DNA of 64,000 nucleotides from a virus: IMG/VR virus record IMGVR_UViG_3300015615_000721, positions 3,688 to 67,687 of that record; one strand, 5' to 3'. Shown piece by piece: positions 57,428 to 64,000 of this stretch (position 1 is its first letter; each line of letters starts with the position of its first letter). The notes under the pieces were generated by a model. It saw only the letters and a program-made list of their open reading frames with translations, ran no database searches and was not told where the DNA came from. The position numbers and the translations under genes were made by a program.

Positions 57428-57832
57428 ATGAGACGGCGACACATTTGCGCGGTTCTGGCAGCAACCGGCTCCGCTTTGCCCTTCGCTGTACATGCGCAAC
57501 CGGCCGCGACGGGAGAGAAGAAGCGGACCAAACCCAAGTTGGCAATTGTCGCGACCATGGAGGTTGCGCCGGGGCGCATGGATGAGTTCTTGCCTCTCGT
57601 CCTGGCTCATCGAGCACGCTGCCTCCAAGACGAACCTGGAACCTTAGCGTTTGAGTGCCTTCGCGACCGCGACAATCCCAACGGGTTGATGTTGTACGAA
57701 GTGTATGTCGACGACGCGGCATTTGACGCGCATTCGAATGGCGCATCGGTCAAGCGTATTCGGCAAGAGGCGACGGGAATGGTCCTAAGCACCTCCGCCG
57801 TCATGTGCACGCCAGTAGATGGCGCAAGCTAA
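57428..57832 (+). CDS. ABM-family (quinol monooxygenase-like) protein with a twin-arginine-like signal
   Basis: MRRRH...AVHA leader; EPGTL.F...LYEVY.D.AAF.AH. Confidence 0.85.
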   Translation: MRRRHICAVLAATGSALPFAVHAQPAATGEKKRTKPKLAIVATMEVAPGRMDEFLPLVLAHRARCLQDEPGTLAFECLRDRDNPNGLMLYEVYVDDAAFDAHSNGASVKRIRQEATGMVLSTSAVMCTPVDGAS

Positions 57833-58084
57833 ACTATACCACTACCGAAGCGCGGTGTCCAGCACCGCGTATAACGCGATAACTCCTGTATAAACTCGGG
57901 CTCAACCGAACGGCCAGCCGCGCCTAGCGGCGCTCAGCAATGGCCCCACCCCGCGCGTTCTCTTCTCGCCCTCTTTGGTTGTCCTAAGTCGCCCCTGAGG
58001 GTGCGGCTTGAGATGGCCCTAGGCGATACCGAGAGGGCATCGCGCGGGGTGTCTCCCCTTCATACCTCACAACCTGGAAATCTC

Positions 58085-58729
58085 ATGTTCTACCGCTACG
58101 GCCAGTGCTCCCTCTCGGGGTGCGACCGGCCAAAGCACAAGCGGGGCCGATACTGTCAACAGCACCGAAAGCGACTTGCGGCCTATGGGCATCCGCACGG
58201 ACGCCCTGTCGTTCCTAGCGAACTGATCCCGTGGGCCATCAAGGCCCGTCGCATCCTCGACAAGAATGTCGCCAACCACGACGGCATCAAGCTTGCCATG
58301 GACGAGCTTACTCGCGTCCTCTCGGAAGCGGTTGACCGTGACGAGCGTATTCCCCGGCACTCGTCTAGCCCCCGCTCCCGTGCTGCGGTCGACCGTAAGG
58401 TTGTCGCCAACTTCGCTCGACTATCGAGGCAAGGCGTCACCGCCCTGGACATACTCACCATGGTCTCGGCAGTCGCCTTGCTTGACCAGTCGGAAGCCCG
58501 TCGCTTCCTCGATCAAGCTTCCTATCAGTATGCCGTAGCCCGCGCCGTCTTAGGGATTGTCCCTCGACCGGGCGGGCGGCCGTTCGGCGCAAACACGCTG
58601 GCGACTGTCGGCAAATACCTCACTGACCAATATGCGGCCCTAGCCGGGGTCGTTGTTCGGGCTGTCCTGGCTCAAGAGGATCACGGGGCAACTCGACGGG
58701 CCGCGATGATGGCCCCTATCCACTCCTGA
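58085..58729 (+). CDS. Hypothetical protein with N-terminal C-C-C-H zinc-finger-like motif
   Basis: CSLSGCDRP.....YCQQH......GHP. Confidence 0.65.
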   Translation: MFYRYGQCSLSGCDRPKHKRGRYCQQHRKRLAAYGHPHGRPVVPSELIPWAIKARRILDKNVANHDGIKLAMDELTRVLSEAVDRDERIPRHSSSPRSRAAVDRKVVANFARLSRQGVTALDILTMVSAVALLDQSEARRFLDQASYQYAVARAVLGIVPRPGGRPFGANTLATVGKYLTDQYAALAGVVVRAVLAQEDHGATRRAAMMAPIHS

Positions 58730-58766
58730 CCCTCAAATCTCAATCAACAACTCTGAAAGGTATCAA

Positions 58767-59633
58767 TTGTCTGACGACCAACATTCCGAATGGGCTCCTC
58801 TGTCGACCGAGGAACGCGAGTATATGTCGGAGCAACTCCGCCAGCGCGATGAGATGCAGCGCCAGAATGATCGCGTCCCCGACTTCGCGCCCAAAGCCAT
58901 GCCGCTGCCAAGGGCCACCATGCGAAGTGACGACGTGGCCAATGTCTCCCTTCCTGCTCCAAGCCGCGTGACATTCTACGCGAAGAACGGCTCATCGCCT
59001 CGTAGTGGTGCCACTGTCGATATGGATGGGATCGTAGAGGTCCATATCCCCGGCTATGGGCCGCAAAAGACCTCCGTCGCCAACGCCCTCAATATGGGGC
59101 TTATTCAGCGAGACGCAGCAGGAGGCTTCCGCGGTCTCGACGCTGGCGAGCGCAACGACATTAACGCCTCCAACCAACAGGAACAGCAGCAGGAACAGCA
59201 GCAAGAGCGCGCCAGCTTGGAAGAGGCCCGCACCAACGGAGACGTTCCCGACATGGCCACTACCCAGCTCATTGAAGCAGTAGCCGCGCGCGTTCCCTCT
59301 CATGCCGTCTCAAGTCTCGCGTATGACTTCGTCACCAATGGCACCATGTCTGAGGCAGCATTGGCGAGGGTCGCAGAGGCTTCGGGCCTGTCGCTGGAGA
59401 CAGGTAAGCGTGTAGCCTCCGACTATGTCGACGGACTAAGCCGACAGGCTGCTACCGCCGTAATAGCGGCTGGCGTGCCGGCGCACATGGTCGACGCGTC
59501 CTACAATTGGATGGCTCAACATTACCCCGTCGAGCACAAGGCTGCCATGGTCGAACTCGCCATGGGTCATAGGACCGGGGCGCTCAAGGAGCTTGCGGGG
59601 AAATTTAAGCTCCACGTCGTTCGGCGCTCCTAG
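58767..59633 (+). CDS. Putative T7 gp9-like capsid scaffolding protein
   Basis: Acidic/Gln-rich helical protein. FVTNGTMSEAALARVAE...YVDG...DASYNWMAQHYP resembles the recalled T7 gp9 core. Confidence 0.5.
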   Translation: MSDDQHSEWAPLSTEEREYMSEQLRQRDEMQRQNDRVPDFAPKAMPLPRATMRSDDVANVSLPAPSRVTFYAKNGSSPRSGATVDMDGIVEVHIPGYGPQKTSVANALNMGLIQRDAAGGFRGLDAGERNDINASNQQEQQQEQQQERASLEEARTNGDVPDMATTQLIEAVAARVPSHAVSSLAYDFVTNGTMSEAALARVAEASGLSLETGKRVASDYVDGLSRQAATAVIAAGVPAHMVDASYNWMAQHYPVEHKAAMVELAMGHRTGALKELAGKFKLHVVRRS

Positions 59634-59730
59634 CCGTCACCTGAGACCAACTACGCCCGCCCCTTGGTCCCCTTCGCGTGACCTGGGGGCGGCCCCTTTC
59701 TCTCCCTTCACCATCTCCTAAAGGAACAAC

Positions 59731-59940
59731 TTGAAACTCCCCGCCAAGGTCGACGCCCTCGTTGACCTTCTCGACGAAGCCTTCCCCCTCCGTAGTCACT
59801 CCGTCGATACCTCAATGGAAGCCATCCAGCGCGAATACGGCAAGCGTGACGTGGTCGACTTCCTCCGACGCCTTCAAGCCGAACGCGACGAAGACATGGG
59901 CTCGCATCTTCTCGCAAACGCGATCATCGACAATGAGTAA
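59731..59940 (+). CDS. Small T7-like phage protein (gp6.5-position family)
   Basis: LVDLLDEAFP.........I....GKRDVVDFL pattern, recalled from genes preceding the virion genes of T7-like podophages; AAGGA RBS. Confidence 0.55.
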   Translation: MKLPAKVDALVDLLDEAFPLRSHSVDTSMEAIQREYGKRDVVDFLRRLQAERDEDMGSHLLANAIIDNE

Positions 59941-60340
59941 GCCAGTGCGCCACGCCCGGATTGGCAGGGGAACGCATCATGTGACCCTGCCTGTCCCCGA
60001 AGGGCCTCATGCATTCAGCATCAGCGGCCAGTGGGACGACGAAGAGTATGGTCCGAACTCGACGCTGGTATCCCTCATCTGCCGCGGGCGAAAGGCCTCT
60101 CGCTATTCAGAGCATCGCCTGACCCGAGACACGTCCTTTGCCTTGCCTGCTGACACGCTCGAAATCGAGCTTAGAGTAATGGCATCCTGCCCTGGCACGT
60201 CTCTACGCGTGGAAGTCACCGCTGCTCCGCCCCCTCCATCGCCACCCGCCAAGGCGCATCACGATCAAGCCGAAGGCATTCACGAGCGGGACGCGTGGCT
60301 AAGGAAGGTGGCCGATAAGCGCATCCAGCCCCGCCGTTGA
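59933..60340 (+). CDS. Hypothetical beta-rich protein, paralog 1
   Basis: ATG at 59933 overlaps the upstream stop; Pro-rich linker. Confidence 0.55.
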   Translation: MSKPVRHARIGRGTHHVTLPVPEGPHAFSISGQWDDEEYGPNSTLVSLICRGRKASRYSEHRLTRDTSFALPADTLEIELRVMASCPGTSLRVEVTAAPPPPSPPAKAHHDQAEGIHERDAWLRKVADKRIQPRR

Positions 60341-60777
60341 CCATGCACGATCAGTACGACGACGGTATTGATGCCGAACAACACGCGAGCCTGTTGCCGG
60401 GATGCCGGGCGGTCTTGCCTGTGAAGGCTGGCGTCCGGCTGGTTATCACCGCGGCTGGCGCATGGTCTCCGGGTAGTCACGTTGAGGTAGAGTGCCGAAG
60501 CCGTCGCGGGGCAACCAAGCTCACGCTCACGCCTGACAGCAGCATCGCAGAGGTGCCTGCCGAGGCGTTTAGCGTGGTCCTTACCTCAATCCATGCCGGA
60601 CGCGGCTTCAACGTAGTCGTCCGCATCTTCCCTCTAGCGGCCCTTCTTGAGCCCCCGCTTCCCGCTCACGAGCCTCCGAAGGCTCCCGCTCACGAGCCTC
60701 CGAAGGCTCCCATTCACAACCCCCCAAGGGCTCCCTTTCATGGTCCTGCAAGGAAGCCCCCTCTCAAACTCAGATGA
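60337..60777 (+). CDS. Hypothetical beta-rich protein, paralog 2, with a Pro-rich repeat tail
   Basis: Shares a G.W....V...CR.R......LT......PA pattern with the upstream gene. Confidence 0.55.
   Translation: MTMHDQYDDGIDAEQHASLLPGCRAVLPVKAGVRLVITAAGAWSPGSHVEVECRSRRGATKLTLTPDSSIAEVPAEAFSVVLTSIHAGRGFNVVVRIFPLAALLEPPLPAHEPPKAPAHEPPKAPIHNPPRAPFHGPARKPPLKLR
60660..60753 (+). repeat. 24-bp coding tandem repeat (PAHEPPKA)
   Basis: TCCCGCTCACGAGCCTCCGAAGGC occurs twice exactly, followed by two degenerate units. Confidence 0.85.
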
Positions 60778-60788
60778 GCAAATAATCC

Positions 60789-61016
60789 ATGTGTTTCGGT
60801 AACTCTCCTGTCGCTGCGGCCCCCGCGCCTGTCGCTCCCCCGCCGCCGCCCCCTGCGACGAACGTCAAGCCCCCTGTGCTGGCTTCACAGGTGAACCAGC
60901 AGCAAGCTCAAGCCGATCTCAAGCGCCGGGGCACTCAGGTGTTCCGCAACGACATAGGCCTTGGCATCCCCACAGGCGGCGCGCGGCCCGGCAACGGCGT
61001 TAACATCCCGTCCTAG
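60789..61016 (+). CDS. T7 gp6.7-like small virion protein
   Basis: MCFG start, Pro-rich segment, KRRGT..FR.D and a G.G.NIP end. Confidence 0.6.
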   Translation: MCFGNSPVAAAPAPVAPPPPPPATNVKPPVLASQVNQQQAQADLKRRGTQVFRNDIGLGIPTGGARPGNGVNIPS

Positions 61017-61489
61017 TTTCAAGAGGAGAAGAAGGGAGCCGCCGCGAGGTATGCTCAGCGGGCCACGTTTCCCGAGGTTCGTAGTCCGTCGCTCCTGGGC
61101 CTGGGCTTGGAGATCGGCGGCGCTGGACTGAGCGCGTGACTTGTGGGCGAGGCACCGGAAGAAGGAACCGAAGGACGCGCCGGTTAAGTAGAGGGGCGAG
61201 GATCGCGCCGTGATCGCCCCGCAACCGCCGCTAGCTCTCCGCCGTTGATCTAGCAGGGGCAGTGGCCCTGCCCCTTCTTCGACGGTCCGCCGTGCCGATA
61301 ACAACCCTCCCCCGTAGACCCGGCACGGCGGATTTCCGATTGCCCGGCGGTTACTCGGGGGAACCCTCTCGCCTTGCCGACGTTTGGTCCGACGCGGCGA
61401 CGTGGTGGCCGCCATGTGACCCCGCCGTGTCGGCTTTGGCTGAGGCCCGGTGCGGCGGGTGTCATGTTTGGTTGTCCAAGATTACATGC

Positions 61490-61810
61490 CTTCTGGAAGC
61501 CCTTTGATCTAGCGAGGCGCTTCTGTAGTGCGCTTGTTGAGCTTGTCGACGGCCAGCCGAACCGATGGTTGCTGATACGCAACGTTGCGGAAAGGCTCCG
61601 AATGACTTGGACAGCGCTGAAGTGGCAGCAACAGAAGCGGAGGCCAAAGGTTGGCTCACGATGGAAGGCAGGCACAGCGTATGCCTGACTGAAGCCGGAA
61701 GAATATTGGCGCCCCTGCCTCTTCCGCGGTCCACTCGACGCGGCCGAGCGGCCCGCCACCTCGCCAACGCATGGACCGCTGCAACTCGGCTGGTTGAACG
61801 ACGTTCCTAA
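61490..61810 (+). pseudogene. Probable frameshifted small winged-helix gene
   Basis: LARRFCSALVELVDGQPNRW...VAERL continues in another frame as AEAKGWL..EG.HSVCLTEAGR. Confidence 0.35.
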
Positions 61811-61909
61811 GCAAGGGCGGGTGACTGCCCTGGGGAAGTCCGTCGCACCTCTTCTGCCACACAGAGTAGTGCGGCGGGCTCCCAACCTCAGTGGCCTGGG
61901 AGTGAAGCC

Positions 61910-62230
61910 TTGCCAGACGAAGAGGCCCCTCACGCCTACTTGGTCGTCGCTTCAATGGAAGACGGCACCTCGGTTACACCGGCCCGGACACTCATGACAC
62001 GCCTGATACGCCACCTCGGTCCGAAGGGCGCGTACTCGATCACCACAAACCGCGAGCACGGATTGGCCCTACTATGTGGCTTCCAGTTTGAGACGGACGC
62101 CGCCAAGTTAGCAGCGGTAGTGCATGCCAAGCCGATTGGTAGGTACGGCGGATGGAAGAGCCAACGCGGTTTCATGCTGGATGGGCTAAAACAACGGGCG
62201 ATCCTGAGGTTGTGCGCCAGCCCTACGTGA
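61910..62230 (+). CDS. Hypothetical protein
   Basis: 106-aa ORF with GGGAG upstream. Confidence 0.45.
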   Translation: MPDEEAPHAYLVVASMEDGTSVTPARTLMTRLIRHLGPKGAYSITTNREHGLALLCGFQFETDAAKLAAVVHAKPIGRYGGWKSQRGFMLDGLKQRAILRLCASPT

Positions 62231-62262
62231 GAGCCGTACGATACGGTCCGGCATCCTAAGAG

Positions 62263-62532
62263 CTATGCTGACGGCCCCGTAGGCTTTCCTTCGACCGAGC
62301 TAGGGGAGCCCGAAGAGACGGACGGCATCTCATTAGGGACTATGCTCTCGCCCATACTTCTGAGACGACCGAACTCCGTCAGATGCCATTCACCGTCTCG
62401 GTCCTCAATAAGCTCTAAGGTGACGAGCCGAGCGAGATACACCTCCTGGGCCTGATTTCCTGCCCCCGCAGCGATCTTGCGCAACGCGTTCTCTTCCTTG
62501 GGACTAAGCGGGGCGCGTAGTGCGCGAACCAT
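62263..62532 (-). CDS. Small winged-helix-like hypothetical protein
   Basis: GGAGG RBS; LSPKEENALR...RL..LELIE......LTEFGR. Confidence 0.5.
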   Translation of the reverse strand: MVRALRAPLSPKEENALRKIAAGAGNQAQEVYLARLVTLELIEDRDGEWHLTEFGRLRSMGESIVPNEMPSVSSGSPSSVEGKPTGPSA

Positions 62533-63094
62533 GGCGATGCCTCCGTCTCGTGTGTGAGCGAAAGCGCGGGACACTTGAGCTATGCCGCTGGCTGCCAGTC
62601 GCCGACGCTCGCGATTAGGAGCCGGCGATAGGAACATAACGCGCCCGGCAGTGGCGGGCTGCAAGATTTCTTACTGGCTCGGGGGCAAGCTTGTGGCAAT
62701 GACCACTTTCAAATCGGCGCAAGAGCGCAACTATTCGATTTTGGGCGTCATTGGTGTCGCATGGGACAGGCACAAGCACTTCTCGCTAAAGCTTCCGTTC
62801 TCCGGGACAAGGCTAATCGGGCACTTCGCCTCGCGGCAGGCCTATCATAGGAAGCCGACCGAGCGCGGCTGTCAAAGTATGGCGATGGCCTTCGGCAAGC
62901 GGCTGCTGAGGTTGAACGTCAGGCGGCTGCTGAGGTGCCGTGCCGCCCCGATGAGCCTACCAGGGACACCACAAAGGACAGCCGCGAGCCGAGCAAAGGA
63001 CGCGGTGGCTTCAGTGACCCTGAACCACAGCACTAGGCGGACCATGGGTTGCGCTGGTAGTCCAAAGCCAACGCGGCCGGCTACCCCGCACAAA

Positions 63095-63118
63095 CTGGGT
63101 GGACAGACTGGGTGGACG
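63095..63118 (+). repeat. Integrase arm-type sites
   Basis: CTGGGTGGACA-GA-CTGGGTGGACG matches 48992-49015. Confidence 0.75.
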
Positions 63119-63157
63119 ACCCTCATAAAATGCTGATTTTACTGGGCTTTTAGGTAA

Positions 63158-63250
63158 TGGCGGAGAGGAAGGGATTCGAACCCTCGATAGGGATTATCTC
63201 CCTATAACGGTTTAGCAAACCGCCGCCTTCGACCGCTCGGCCACCTCTCC
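63158..63250 (-). tRNA. tRNA-Ser (GCT)
   Basis: GGAGAGGTGGCCGAGCGGTCGAAGGCGGCGGTTTGCTAAACCG...GGGTTCGAATCCCTTCCTCTCCGCCA; long variable arm; encoded CCA. Confidence 0.97.
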
Positions 63251-63412
63251 GCAGCCCGTTAAGACCCCGGCAGTCGAAATATCCACGACGGATGCGCGGC
63301 GGTTCTACCGGCCGGGGTCGGCAGTGTCAAACGACGCTGGGGATGCCTTTGGGATTTTGCGTGCAGAATCAGGCCCTTGGCCCCTTGGCCGCGGCATGGC
63401 ACGGTGCCCGCC

Positions 63413-64000
63413 ATGCGTACCCAGGCCCCAACCTCAATCGAGATGCTGCAGCGCCTCGTGGCGTTCGACACCACGTCTCGCAACTCCAACCTCGAGCTGA
63501 TCGAGGACATCCGGGGCTATCTTTCGGAGTTCGGCGTCGCCAGCACGCTGGTGCCCAACGCCGAGGGCACCAAGGCCAATCTCTTCGCCACCATCGGCCC
63601 GGCGACCGAAGGCGGCATCGTGCTGTCGGGCCATACCGACGTCGTGCCGGTCGACGGCCAGCCCTGGGCCACGGATCCCTGGACGCTGACCGAGAAGCCC
63701 GACGGCAACCTCTACGGCCGCGGCACTTGCGACATGAAGGGCTTCATCGCCGTCGTGCTGAGCCATGTCCCGGCGTTCCAACGCGCGAAGCTCAGGGTGC
63801 CGATGCATTTCGCCTTCAGCTACGACGAGGAGATCGGCTGCCTCGGTGCGCCCGCGCTCGTCGAGAAGCTGATGGGCAACGTGCCGCGGCCGCGTGCCGT
63901 CATCGTCGGAGAGCCGACCATGATGGGCGTGGTCAACGCGCAGAACGCCGGCGGCGGCATCGTCGCCACCTTCACCGGCGTCGAGGCGCATTCCTCGATG
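63413..64000 (+). CDS. argE: Acetylornithine deacetylase (M20 peptidase family), truncated by the window edge
   Basis: LVAFDTTSRNSNL, LSGHTDVVP, YGRGTCDMKGF, SYDEEIGC, GEPT and AHSS. Confidence 0.9.
   Translation, partial: MRTQAPTSIEMLQRLVAFDTTSRNSNLELIEDIRGYLSEFGVASTLVPNAEGTKANLFATIGPATEGGIVLSGHTDVVPVDGQPWATDPWTLTEKPDGNLYGRGTCDMKGFIAVVLSHVPAFQRAKLRVPMHFAFSYDEEIGCLGAPALVEKLMGNVPRPRAVIVGEPTMMGVVNAQNAGGGIVATFTGVEAHSSM

Larger units (their letters stand above)
48910..63174. mobile_element. tRNA-Ser-integrated ~14.2 kb island, candidate satellite of T7-like phages
   Basis: 19-bp direct repeats, adjacent tyrosine integrase and arm repeats at both ends make the island secure; the satellite identity is inferred. 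Confidence 0.85.

Noticed and set aside
59175..59205. CAGGAACAGCAG repeat
   Set aside because: A short coding Gln/Glu linker within the scaffold-like gene, not an independent element.
62582..63136. 184-aa ORF near the right att
   Set aside because: Runs through the arm-site repeats, has atypical composition and no motif; probably spurious.
48910..63174. Island as a satellite of the adjacent lambda/Mu-like prophage, or as an intact T7-like prophage
   Set aside because: No lambda-type cos or head-related genes recognised in it, and it lacks RNAP, DNA polymerase, capsid, portal and TerL.
1..64000. CRISPR array, retron or diversity-generating retroelement
   Set aside because: No regularly spaced repeat-spacer array, no reverse-transcriptase motif and no TR/VR pair seen.

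Overview
High-GC alphaproteobacterial chromosome segment containing two mobile elements stacked at a tRNA-Ser(GCT) gene (63158-63250, minus), which is followed by the host gene argE. (1) About 5-48.9 kb: an apparently near-complete temperate prophage with a lambda-type head (cos, terminase, gpW, portal, S49 protease, scaffold, gpD, gpE), a Mu-type contractile tail, a beta-helix tailspike, a lysis cassette, primase/helicase replication genes, a cI/cro switch and a large serine recombinase module. It carries two opposite-strand morons (a NERD protein and a TcA-C-terminus-like protein) and a defence-like cluster (HEPN, TIR, Abi_C). Its left att site is not visible in the window. (2) 48910-63174: a ~14.2 kb island bounded by a 19-bp direct repeat of the tRNA 3' end. 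It encodes a tyrosine integrase, a helicase-like replication protein and several proteins that by eye resemble T7-like (Autographiviridae) small terminase, scaffolding protein and gp6.5/gp6.7-type proteins. No capsid, portal, large terminase or polymerase gene is recognisable. This is the best candidate for an undescribed system: a satellite that parasitises T7-like podophages. The left end has an IS3 fragment, a trypsin-OmpA operon and decayed SRAP and S1/P1 nuclease genes. All family assignments come from motif recognition by eye; no searches were run.
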